Origin: Lama guanicoe
Taxonomy: Eukaryota
DNA: 64,000 nucleotides
Assembly: GCA_013239625.1 (NCBI GenBank)
Contig: MU054212.1
Span: 2,852,001 to 2,916,000 of the forward strand
Direction: 5' to 3'
The notes below the pieces were generated by a model that saw only the letters and a list, made by a program, of their open reading frames with translations, searched no databases and was not told the DNA's origin. Below, one piece after another: positions 42,129-53,483 of this stretch. Both the position numbers and the translations under genes were made by a program. Every line of letters starts with the position of its first letter. The stretch's first letter is position 1.

Positions 42129-45100
42129 AACTTCTCTCTTCTTAAGTTGCTCTAGGAAAGCTCATAAGGTAGTGATATGAGTCTAATGTTATATCATCTT
42201 CTCTTTACTGGATTCTTTTATATGAATAGTGAAGAACTGTGGAATCAACAGGCCATGGATTTAAAAAGCAGACTCTGGAATCAGTCTTCGATTCAAATCC
42301 CAGCAGTCACTGACCAGTTGTTAGACCTTCAGCAAATTAAGTCAACATCTATGACCCTTAGATTCCTTCTTCGTAGAATGGAAATCATAACCATGACTCC
42401 TTGAAGGACTGGCTAGACCTCTGCTCCCAAGGGGTGGAGAGGCTGCTGGTCAGGGGCCCACTTTAGAGCCCTCAGCTCGTCTTGGTTATTATTATTCATC
42501 ATTACACCCTGCTTCCTAACACAGAGTCAGCTAGAGGTTGGGACAGTTGACATCAAGCTCGGCAAGGAGGGAATCACGTTTGTCTCTGGACTGCAGCCCA
42601 GTGAACCAACAGCCCCTGACCCCCAGTTCCCTCCCTCCACTCCTGCCTGGACTCGGTCCAATCGTCCACTCGCTGACCCAGAACAGTGAGGAAGTCAGGA
42701 TGGTGAGCGTAGGTTCCTTAAAAACGACACAGCAAAAACCACAGCAGGTTTAGGTATCAGAACTAATCCAAGCCCAAAGGGGACCCCATGCTATAAACAA
42801 TAGTTCCCTTTGTCTCGTGTTAAGAGAGGAAGGATGGGGATTGAGTGGAGAGACCCTGGACTGAACTGGGGACGTTAACCTGGACTGGGGACCCAGAGCG
42901 AAACTAGAAACTGAGAATTACAAGCGTCCAAACTAGTCTTGACATTCGGTAACCGAATTACTCACAAAGGAAGCAACATTTATCTCTGACATCCTTCAGC
43001 ATTCCTTTCCGAATTCCCCTCCTTTTCTTCCAGAAGCCTACAACCTAATGCTCTCTTAAATCTGTCAGCCCTTTGCAGGTAACACAAGCTTGCCTCCTTC
43101 CTTACAGACCAGGTCAAAACGCCCATCTGCTGAGGTTCACTGCCAGGTGATCAGCGGAAAGCAGAAAGCAGCAATTCGGGGTGTGAAAGAGTCTACGTGC
43201 TCCCAGGAAAGGCTTGCATTACAGAGATGACTTCCAAATGTCTACATTCGGGTGGGGATGGGGCTGAGGGGCATGAGGCCAAGAACAACTGGTGACTGGG
43301 GAAGTGCTGAGGGGCCCCAGCGTGTGTCCCATGCTCCCCTCCAGGTCCCATAAATGGACTTGACGTAGGAGACCCTCACCACCCTCCCCTGCTCCCTCAC
43401 ACCTTTGGGACTTCCCTGTGCCATCACCACCCCCCGGCCCCCCACAGGATTAAAAGCAACTAAACTCACTGCCTGGAGAGCCAGCAGGAGCTGAACTGTT
43501 TCCAATTGCTAAACACAGATCGCAAATCTCAGAAAAAGGAAGTTCCCACCAGGGTTTGCAAAGCAGCCCGAGAGGGAACTGCTGTGGTGAAAACTCCAAT
43601 TAAAGCTCAGACGCTCTGGCCTTATGATTCTATCAGGTGTTTCCTACTTCCATTAGTTTTGAAAATTCTGTTACCCAAGACTGGGACAAAATTCAAGATA
43701 TGATATGAATTACCTTATAAAAAAAAACCAGTCACTAAGGAAAGCTTGCTGTCAGACAGAAATGCATCTATTTAAGGGAAAAAGAAAAAGTTCCATCAGA
43801 CTGTCAAAGTATAAGCTGAAAGGAAGAAAATCTAACTGTAAAGAAGGTGCTGGACAGAAAGACACGGAGGATTCCTGAAAACCTGAAACACGTCTAATGA
43901 GGCTGGGCCTCCTGCCGTCTGCAGGGATGACACACCGTGGTCCGTGGTCTAGTTTACAGCCGGGCGTTCGGTGATCCCACCTCCTGCCCAGGTTTCATCT
44001 CAGCCCTTAGGCCCTTGCTGCAGCGAGATATCTCAAAGGGCTTAAACGCCCATTTACTTCTAGGCCATCTAGAAGGTCTTTCTCTGTTATAAAGACTTGA
44101 TACCATTCAGAGATTGTCCTCTCCCAAAAGGAGACAAAGAGAAACTTGTTCAAATCTGAAAACCCAAAGGGCCTAAAACTTTACAAGACTGTCTATTTCC
44201 CCTGGGATAGTCACACATCAAGAGAAGAATCACTTCAGCTGTGAAGCCCACTGAGTTGCCCACCCTCTGCAAATCCCCACTGAGGGCAAAATCCTGCTCC
44301 TCCTGGCAGCGCTTAGCAGGTAGCAAGGGGTTCAAGTGACAACAGCTGAGCTGAATTCAGCAACTTTAGAACACCTCTAGAGTTAAATAAAAATGGTGAT
44401 CAGCGCAATGTTTCAAATCCTAAAGCTACGTCTTCTTTCACTTTCGTTTATCAAGGTCAATCAATCTCCCTTCTTGGACCAATTAATTCCACTACCCCAC
44501 CCCAATCTAAGTCCCCCAAAGAAGGCTTGTAAAAGGCATCCTGATTGGTATAATACAGTGAATGATCAATCGAGAGAAGTAAAACAGGTCCTAGAAAGAA
44601 AAGTTCTAGGTGACTAGTCTATGTTTGAACCTAAGGTTTTCAACACAAGTAACCACCCAGCAACTCCTACATCAATTTTGCTTTCGAAAGGGCAGTTAAG
44701 ATTCCAAAAGATAACTTGACATTGAACTTTTTATTAAATCGCTAAAGTGGAGCTTTGGCCTAGGTCAAGGTGAAAACCTAAAAGGTCTCACATACAACCA
44801 GCAGTTCCGGCAGAAGAAAGAGCTCATCTTACTTGCAATCTACCCACAATGACAAGAGGGTGGCCTTTTAGGTGACGTTTGCTAGGGGAGCCAGATTTTA
44901 AATCAGGGTGACCCAAAGATTTACATTTTAGATGAATGGCTTCTACTTTCTCCCTTAGCAGCAAACACTTCTTTTTCTATTCCCCAGATCAGATCTAATA
45001 GAGTGAGCTGATATATACATGGGTTCGTACCAATTTAAAGTCATACACCTGAGTTCTCACTGCACTATTAATATGCAAGAGTAAAATTAGATTCTCTCCC

Positions 45101-46830
45101 CAAGTGACTGTTGCAAAACATTGAGTGCATCCCCTTTCAACTTTATTTTAATCTCATTTTAATATTTAATGAGGTCAAAATCTTGCCAATGAGACTACCT
45201 GCCAAGTGGAAAATGGATTAATTCATAAAGATTCCTGGTACCAAGCCAAAATAGTAGGTGCTCAGTAATTGTTCCCTGAATGAATGAAAAAAGTTCTAGA
45301 CTTATGTTAATGCCATTTAGTTTCTTCACCAATTTAAACTTTCCATTAAGAGAGCAAACATTCCTGCAGCAGAAAAAAGAATGTAGCCACAAAGTAATAT
45401 TAAAAATCAGGAAATTGTATGTGATGAGCTACTTCTGGAAAAAAAAGAGGAAAATATCCACTGTAAACACGGCAGTTGATCCTAATCGCTCCAGATAACC
45501 TACCATTGAGATAGTTGTTAAACACACTCTCTTGTCATGTTTACAGAGGTTTGATTCCATCTTTAAGGGAAAAAAAGGAAAAAAAAGAGGATCCCTCCCG
45601 CCTAGTCTCCAAATTCAAAATGAGACTTCGGCAATTATTTCAACGGTACACAGAATGCACATTTTTTCTAGTAAGTAGCTAGAACGAATATTCCTTCTCT
45701 CTTCCCGCATGACAGCACTTGAATGAAGACTGGTTTCCAAGTGCATCTGGCTTCTTCAAAGGCAAGGTCATGATCCACTGGGTGCGCCCCACAGGGAAGC
45801 TGCCCTAATTTTCAGCTTGGAGACTCTAAGGACAGGCCCCTAGTGAAGTCGACGAGACAGAAACCCTGGACCTGCACCGCCAACCCCAGGATCTTTCCAC
45901 TAATAGATCTCCTACTTACAGAATTCCTTAAAAGGATTTCTGGCAATAATCTGGGTTGGAGTCAAGTAAATCCACCAGGAGACACCTTTGTTACAAGCTG
46001 ACGAATGCTTCTCAGTGTGTTTTAGGAAGCTGATTTTCACATTTTTGTTTGGTGCCGGGAGAGGGCCACCGTCTGTGAAAACTTTAGCAACAAAACTAGT
46101 GATATTTAGAATCTAAACTCCTACAAGTATTCTGTCTTTTGTAAATGATAAAGACTAGAGTTACAAATCTGTATCATCCCATCTAGGCTGAAGTCCTGTT
46201 GTCTGAGGCAGGAAAATGCTGCCTTTTCACACAAAGAGAACAGCTGTGGGTTAAGACTGCTAAACCTTTAAATAGGCACCATGGAACCTCCACCTGGGAG
46301 CTAGGAAGTTGTACCAGTGACTGGCTCGTCTTAGATCACAACAGCCTTGTTGGGGGAAAAGGGAACTAAAACTACTGCATATTTTGAACACAGACATTCA
46401 AGAGAATCAAAGAGTGAACCAGTTAAGGTAACCATCATAGCCACCAGCACCGTCCCCCTCTCCCACAAAAATAATTAAAGCCAGGCACTTCACATGAGTG
46501 AAAAAACAAAAATCACACGTTCCATAATCTTTGTTAATCCTTGGGTGCATTCATTTTTCAACTAGTCCCTTAAGTGATACACTTATTAACGCCCTCAAGA
46601 AGTAAAAAGAGTAAATGCATCTACAGTAACAGGCTCTTCATTTTTTGAGAAACCTGCGATGTTAGAAAAGACTCAAGCATCACGGTGTGACTGTGTTATC
46701 AAGAAGTCTAGAATAACACGGTCCTTAGTGGAATTCAGTGTGACTCCACTTGATAAGGTCTCGTCAGTATTAAGTATAGACAGCCTGTGTTTATAATTAA
46801 GTAATAATGACTGAAGCTTGAAGTACATGA

Positions 46831-46930
46831 GGCACTTCCTGGGGATTAACGACCAGCCAGGGGAGTTGCCGACCTAAAGCAATGCCTCCGGCCAGTAACC
46901 CCAGCCAGTCATTAATCCCCAGGAAATGCC
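46831..46930 (-). other. Long intronic inverted repeat / RNA hairpin
   Basis: Minus-strand arms GGCATTTCCTGGGGATTAATGACTGGCTGGGG and CCCTGGCTGGTCGTTAATCCCCAGGAAGTGCC form 32 contiguous pairs (26 Watson-Crick, 6 G-U). Confidence 0.8.
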
Positions 46931-49037
46931 CTGAACCCCAACACTGATTTTAATAAATACAGAAGGAAAAAGTTTAATATCAGCTTTGTACTTAAACTAA
47001 ACATCTGTTTCATACTTAGAATGCTCAGATTTCATAAAGTGAGTTCTACAGGAGTTACTAAAGAGTTCCCTTAAACTTCTTGATACTGATAAAAAAAATT
47101 TTTTACTGTAACATTAGGGAAAGCAAAGAGAACTTTTCCTAGTGTTTTAACTGTAAAGGACTTAGCTAAGATACTGTTTGAGAGGCATCATGATAACATA
47201 ACCAAACTATGGACACTCAAATCTATATTTAACTTGGGAGCTACTTGACAATAACTCAAGAATAAAAGAATCAGTATTAAGGTTTATAGAAATGTTTTAT
47301 CTCACTCAAAATAAAAGACTGACAGAATGATTGCAATCCTTGGAACAAAATAAAACCAACTGAACACCGCTTCCCCAGCCCCCCAGTCTTTGGTGGATCT
47401 TAAGTCATGATTCTATATGCCACTGGTGTCAAGAAACCAGTAGACAGATGCCAGGGGACAAACTATTTCATTATTATTCCAAGCAGATAGGTACTTTAAT
47501 AAACTCTTTTAGGCTTTTAACTCTTAATTAATCAGGTGCTACTCGAAACCAGGACATTTTATGAGCTTCTACTTTATCAGGAGAATGTGAACATTAATTT
47601 TTGTGCTTTCAAAAAAAAAGAGCTAACCCAAATTCTCCAAAGAGGAGAAATTCTCCTTTCCATACTTCACACTCCCTAAAACCACCTCCTGGTCTGTCAG
47701 AAACTATTGCTCACACTCCAAGCACAGAAAGACCCGGATCCTCTGGACCTTGTATATTCACAGCCCCTTTCTCCGCTGGCCTTGAGGCTGGTAAACGTTT
47801 GAAAGGGTCAATCTGTCCAGAATGGGAATTTCCACTTCGGAAAAAGCACAGAAGTACCTGACATCTGTTCCTTGAAGGGCCTACACACCACCTCCCAACT
47901 TAGAGTTGGAATTCCTACTTCTGCCTGATGGCAGGGAGGGCAAAGTTTTAAAACCTCCAGTGTCTATTCCTGCCTGAAGAATAGGGCATAGTCTCCAAAG
48001 ACCTCTGGTTTCTGGCTCCAACAGCAGAGTATCCAAAAGATGAATCTAACTTTGATGACATGAATATATTCCCCTAGGAGAAAGAATAAGACAAAAAGCA
48101 TCCAGTGGAACCCCCAATCTCGACCTAGAATTTGGTACTGCTTAGAATTAAATAACTATAGTGTTAAAACAGTTCCCTTGTCTCTAATGAGGCTACTGAG
48201 GCCCAGAGAGGTGAACCAATTTGCCCAAAGTGGCTCAGCATCCAGGCTAGCACTCTTACTTTGGTGTTCTTTCCACTCTGCCGTGCTGTTTATCTTAACC
48301 ATCTAACTTCCCTCCTCTTATTTGCTCCCTAGCTGATGAGCTCCAAGGCGCTCGGGAAAGACAGTAAAATGTTTCAGTGCCTACAGTGCTGGGCACCAAA
48401 GGCCAGGCTCCAACTGGGAGCCTGGCTGGTAATGCAGGTACTGCCTTTCCATAACTTTAACAAGTGACTTTTACTTTATGGAAACTGCATCCCAAATGTC
48501 ACTTTAAATTCAACTACATCTTACAGTTGAAAGTGGTTCTCAACTGTCAGTCTCTCCAGAAACCGCCCCCTTACAGGAAATGGGATTGGCATCTTTTCTT
48601 TTTAATAATTTATAACTGTTTTTCTACCTTCATAAATTAGGCTGAATATGTAATAGAGTATTTTAGTGGTTACTTTACTCAAACATATTCTAAGTAACTG
48701 CTTCACTTACATGCACAGCATTCCTCACTCTTTGCCTTATAAACTCAGGCATTCAATGGAAGAGGGGCTGTGAGGGTCGAGCTGACCCTTTTGTTCTGGG
48801 AACTTTGAAGTTTTCAGCGCAGCAGTGATTGTTAGAACCTAGCCCTCTCACAGCTTTTAGGTTAGGTGGAAACTTTCCTGAAAAGCATCAAGAGTTAAGC
48901 TTCTAAGGGTGAAATGAAATCCGATTCAGTATATTTGCGACTTTGAAAAACTTCCCCCCAACCCAGACCTGCGTTAGCACAAGTTAGTCTCCAAGTGGTA
49001 CCAGAGAAACATTTCATGCAGAGTTTGGTTTGGTTAC

Positions 49038-50779
49038 CTGGGTGGGGGAAACAATAGCAGGTGAAACTACTGTGGGAGAATTGGTGCTTCTGTGCCCATT
49101 GGCTTCTGGAAGAAGAGGCAGGGGGTCGTGTTTCACGGAAACCACCACCACCGCATCCACAGGCTCCGAGGGGCGGATACAAAGTCTTTTGGGGGAAGAG
49201 GGGCCGCAGATTTCCCCCGACCCGAACACGGATTCGTACAGGGAGCGCTTGGGCGCAGCCTCGGATTTCACGTCGGGCCCGACCTGGCTGTCTCTGGGGA
49301 GAATATAGGTGTTCCCCAGCGAGGGCGGCTGTGGGCAGTGGTGGTGGGAGGGATACTCTGCGGGGCGGGAGAGCCCAGTTTGGTGCCGATGCCCGCGATA
49401 CTGTTGAGCGTGGCGATGGAGACGGCGCCGATGCAGTGGTTGGTGTAGGTCTTGGAGAGTTTGGCCGCCTTGGAGAGCATCTGCATCCTGGTGCCCAGCA
49501 AGTTCTTGCCGATGGCTTTGTTCTCATACCAGGTCACATCGCCCTCGCTGCAGTGGTCCCGGGGCCTCTGGAAGAACGCCTTGCAGAGGGGGTTGCGCTT
49601 CGACAGGTACTTGACGAAGCTGGCGTACGGGCAGAACTCGGTGCCCGTCTCGTACATGCGGGGCAAGTTCTCCTCGTCGCTGCTCTCGGCGCGTTTCTTG
49701 CTCCACGACGACGAGCGCGACTTGTGGTAGGGCCCGAGGGACTTAAAGTAGACGAACTTGCGACCGTCCTCGTCCATGGCTAGCCCGAAGGAGTCCTCCT
49801 CCAGCTCGCGCTGGTTCTCGCGGCCGCGCGTGCAGAAGTACATGCACGTCTCGAACCAGACCTTGTTGAGCAGCCCGAAGGGCGTGTTGGTGCTGAAGAC
49901 GCTGGAGGTGTAGAGCTTGCGCAGGTCGGCGCGCGTGATGGCTTGCTTTTGCACCACGGGCCCGGCGCCCTGCTCCTCGAGCTTGCGGATGACCGCGGCC
50001 AGCGTCAGGTTGGCGCTGCGCAGCTCGGGGTCCTTGGTGAGGTCGAGCGTGCGGCAGTACGGGGGCTCGTTGAGGTAGCGGTTGAGGGAGCTGCGGATGC
50101 TGATGAGCGACGACTTGCTATAGAGCTGGCCGCTCTTGGAGCGGGCCTCGGCGTAGAAGGAGCGCAGCACGCGGCACAGCGCCCCCTTGTCCATGGTCTC
50201 GAAGTCCGGGCTCTGCGCCTTCTCGCTCAGGTACTCCCGGAAGATGCGCACGGCGTAGCGGGTGGCCAGCCGGGTGTTCTCGCTCAGCCGAGCCCGCTCG
50301 GGGCGCTGCAGCACGTCGGGGTCCAGCTCCGCGCCGTCCCCGGGCGGCCCGCCGCGGGCCCGGGGCGCCAGCAGTCGCGGCGGTGCCTCGGGCTCCAGCG
50401 CGGCGCTCTGGTCCATATTGATCATATGGACCGGCTCGGGCTCCAGCTCCTCCCCGGCCGAGTCCTCGGGCTCCAGGGGCTCGTCCCAGTCCAGCCCCAT
50501 CTCTTCCTCCTCCTCTTCCTCCTCCTCCTCCAGCCCCCCACCTCCGTCCTCCTCCTCCTCGTCCCCCGTTATCTGCACCTCTTGGATCTCGTCCTCCTCC
50601 TCCTCTTCCTCCTCCTCCTCGCCCGCGCTGCAGTAGTGCGGGCGGCCGTGGCGGCGACCGCGGCCCCCAGCACCGCGCTCGCCCTCGCCCCGCTCCCCAT
50701 TGTTCTCGGCGGCGGCGGCGGCGCTGGCGCTGCCGCCCGCGCTGGTGTTACAGTCCCCGCTGCCAGGCATTCTCGCCAT
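49038..50779 (-). CDS. KCTD1: KCTD1 long-isoform coding exon 1 (acidic N-terminus plus Crypton/DUF3504-like domain), frameshifted near 49355 in this sequence
   Basis: ORF 50779..49268 reads MARMPGSGDCNTSAGG...LSENTRLATRYAVRIF...FCTRGRENQ...TNHCIGAVSIATL...SPAPQ, matching the long KCTD1 N-terminus. After 49355 another frame gives YPSHHHCPQPPSLGNTYILPRDSQVGPDVKSEAAPKRSLYES...IVSPTQ, followed by donor CAG|GTAACC at 49038/49037. ATG-to-donor length is 1742 nt, not a multiple of 3. Confidence 0.95.
49395..50290 (-). mobile_element. Domesticated Crypton transposon-derived tyrosine-recombinase-like domain (DUF3504) inside KCTD1 exon 1
   Basis: Motifs LSENT..AT..A..IF..Y, L...L..FY.E.R...G..YS..SL..IR..LNRYL, F..RG.EN.R.L, CP..SF.KYL.KR, WY....IG.N.L...M..LS..A.LSK.YTNH. 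KCTD1 is an established Crypton-domestication gene, along with ZMYM2/3/4, QRICH1 and KIAA1958. Confidence 0.85.
50501..50620 (-). repeat. Coding (GAG/GAA)n tracts encoding poly-Glu
   Basis: Three TCC-rich tracts translating as E9D, DE4D and E10. Confidence 0.9.
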
Positions 50780-50798
50780 ATTGCCGTCTCTCTGCCAG

Positions 50799-50830
50799 TC
50801 CTCAGGCAGGGCGCATGCGCTATATTGGAC
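50799..50830. promoter_or_regulatory. Proximal motif cluster: AP-2-like TCCTCAGGCA, NRF1 palindrome GCGCATGCGC (50811-50820), CCAAT on minus strand (50824-50828)
   Basis: Direct motif matches 20-50 nt upstream of the long-isoform ATG. Confidence 0.55.
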
Positions 50831-51132
50831 CGCAGCGCTGAGAGCTTTTGTGTTTAATGACCTTCAGCTACCGGGAGGCAAAGCCGGGCTCTTAAAGGAG
50901 CCGCGCTCCAATTGTCAGTTCGGAGCGCTGCTCCGGAGGGGCAGCGGCGCGCAGGGGATAGAGGGGTAGGGAGGCGGGGGTAAGTTAGATCGGGAGAGCT
51001 TAAGGACCGAGGCTGGATGGACCCTCTTCCTCCTCCACCCCTCTCCCCACTCCGAAGAAAACTTTGAAGGGGGGAAAAAAAAAAGAAAGGGGAGGGAGAG
51101 CTGTCGGTAGGGGTGAAACACTCCCAACTTAC

Positions 51133-51600
51133 CCTCTGGCAGAGTGGCGCGCGGGCCCGGGCGGGAGAGAGGGAGGGCCGGCGGGAGGGCGGGGCGGTCT
51201 CGCTTCTCTAAGTAATGCCCGAGGAGCAGTGCCCCTTCCACCGCCCCTTCATTGCCCCCCGAAGCCGGGGGTTCGGGGAGGCGGCTGCGCCGGGCGGGCC
51301 GCGGATGCTGCTTCGAGAAGCCGGTGTCTGGGGCCGCCCGGAGCGGAGCGGAGCAGGCAGGTTAATGAGCAGGGTGGAGGAGGCACGGCGAGGCCCCGCA
51401 CCCTCTCTGCGCCCGCGGCCAGGGCGCAGCGGGCGAGGCTTGGGAGCGGGATGGGGCTGGCGGCGGCGGCGGCTCCCCCACCTACTTGCTGGGGGCGAGG
51501 CACGGGGGCCTGGGGCCAGCCGCAAGGCTCCCAGCTCCCTTTCCGACTCTTGCAAAGTAGCGAAACACGCCCCACGTCAGCCTCATCCCTTTCGACTTTT
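51133..51600 (-). other. KCTD1: Predicted non-coding alternative first exon of short KCTD1 (5' boundary uncertain)
   Basis: Consensus donor GAGG|GTAAGT at 51133/51132 on the minus strand inside the CpG island. Splicing to 9381 leaves 15 nt of that exon before the ATG at 9366. Confidence 0.5.
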
Positions 51601-52796
51601 CCAACAGCCACTTTTAAGCTGTCATTAAAGACCTGGGGCGCTCCCCGTAGGTCTGGGGCAAGTCCGCGCCGGTCCAGCCAGCCTGGGGAAGGAGCAAGGA
51701 AGAAACACTGGGAGGGGCGTGTGGGAGGGGAGACGCGGGGAGAGGCACTCGGGACCCTAGGGACCCCTCCCCACCTGCCCAGGCCACCGCCCTCCTGCCT
51801 CAGAGTAAACTGACACAACTCCCTCCGGCGAGGCGCTCCATTTGGTTGGCGCTAGAGTTATGTGGGTCCCTAAGACCCGTCGGGCGGACGGGACGAGAAA
51901 GTGAACTTGGGTCTCGGCCGCCCCCGCCGCCGCCACAATTCCGGCAGTTCGGATCCTGAGCGCTCTCTCGTTCCAAGTTTGCCAACCGCCATTCGTTCGC
52001 CCTCAGGGCTGCGCTGCCTTCGGCGCGCGGGGGCGGGCACCTCCGAAACTGGAAAGGCGGCCAAAGAGCTCGCCGGGTCCCGCTTTCCCATCGGAGACAC
52101 TGTCCCACTTCCAGCTAAACGCCCGCCCCCGGCGCGCCCAGGCTCCCGGCACGTCCTCGCGTCACCGCCCCCAGGTCTCCTGGCCCCGGGGCAGCGCCCC
52201 CAGAGCCGCAGGAGACCTCAGCTGATTTATTTGGAGGCACAATCCCAGCCACCTCCGGAGCTCGCACTGCATTCTAACTTTCTCCTCCTCGGGCAGCCCG
52301 AGTGTCCCCCTGGCGCGCCAGCCAACTCCAAATCCCAGGGACGAGGGGAACCCGCGGAGTCGGGTACCAGCAACGCGCCCCCGGCCCTGGCCGGCCCAAC
52401 TGTGAGGCAGCCTCGCCAGCTACTCGAATGGGTCCTCGGATTGGTCTCCGAGTCCGAATTCTCAGCATTTCGGCAGTGAGAATCTTGTCAAATGTCATTT
52501 CTCTCCCACTCCCCTCCTGGGCCTTCTGTCTTGCTTTGAGGGCAGTTTATAATGTTGCACATCAAAAGTAACTCATCTGCCAATTTGTAATTAAAACAAA
52601 AAAAGAAGGAAGACTAGGTCTCAGGGCCGTGTTGGCGTCTAAGTGGGAGATGACAGTGTCTCTTCCAGCTATCAGTCCTCGCCCTCCAAGTGCCTCCTCG
52701 GCCCTGGACGCCGAAGAGCTTTGGGGAAACGGCGCCAGGTGTGAACAAGTTAGAGCAAGTCCCTGCCTCGCGGGCCCCCTCCTGCTCCTCCGGGAA

Positions 52797-52846
52797 ACAC
52801 ACACACACACACACACACATACACACGCACACGCACACGCACACGC
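52797..52846 (+). repeat. (CA)n/(CACG)n compound microsatellite in the promoter region
   Basis: ACACACAC...ATACACACGCACACGCACACGCACACGC. Confidence 0.9.
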
Positions 52847-53469
52847 TCTCATCCGCCCTGCCCTCCGAAAAGAACCTTCTCAGGAGGCAAGGAATTTGGC
52901 GGTGGCACTCCTCGGAAATAGTCCCAGAGATGCGATCGGCTTTGTTCAAAATGCATTGCCCCCCGGAAATGTGTAGTAAGGAACCCAGGGCAGTAGGCAG
53001 CTAAATTAGTTGTATACGCGGACCCGCGCACACGACCTGACACACACCAGTCGCACCGGCTACTTCCGGAGGGCTGGCCCTTTGTTCTAGGATGCTCCTA
53101 GGATTTCGGGCCGCCAGAAGGCTCCGGCGGGGAATTTCAGCGGTGCTGAGAATTCAGATGGGCGCCCGGCAAGTTACCTGCCAGGGGCTGCTCCCCAGCG
53201 GCCCTCACCGCGAACGCGGTGAACCGACGGGCCGCGTTGGCCCCGGACTGCGCTCCCGGCTGGGCCTGGGTACTCGTCCCCACGCTCCGGTCCAAAAACG
53301 GACACGCCCCCCAGGGCTCCCCACTTCTGCGGGCGGCGAGGGTCCCCCGGATTCCCCCTCCTTGGCTCCCCTCCCTGCTGGGCGAGCTGCTTTGAATTGC
53401 TCGCAATTTGCCGGAGGCGGTGTGCTGGGTTGGACGCTCCGGGAAACAAAGCAACCAAAAACAGCTCCC

Positions 53470-53483
53470 AGTTGACGTCAACT
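53470..53483. promoter_or_regulatory. CRE (TGACGTCA) within a perfect 14-bp palindrome
   Basis: AGTTGACGTCAACT at the upstream edge of the CpG island. Confidence 0.45.

Larger units (their letters stand above)
9382..49037 (-). other. KCTD1: KCTD1 intron 1 of the long isoform (~39.7 kb, GT-AG, phase 0)
   Basis: Bounded by GTAACC at 49037 and TGTAG at 9382 on the minus strand; joins SPTQ to DSRPNM. Confidence 0.9.
49100..53450. promoter_or_regulatory. CpG island / KCTD1 promoter region
   Basis: Visibly high GC and CpG density compared with the AT-rich flanks; GC boxes such as GGGCGGGGCGG at ~51187-51197. Confidence 0.9.

Noticed and set aside
49014..49271. Separate 85-aa ORF (KSEAAPKRSLYES...)
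   Set aside because: Not an independent gene; it is the post-frameshift part of KCTD1 exon 1 called from a GTG codon and running past the splice donor.
49943..50857. 304-aa plus-strand ORF, plus the 240-aa ORF at 49061-49783
   Set aside because: Antisense shadows of the GC-rich KCTD1 exon; no recognisable protein features.
53171..53180. Possible further minus-strand donor CAG|GTAACT
   Set aside because: A single motif with no independent support for an exon.
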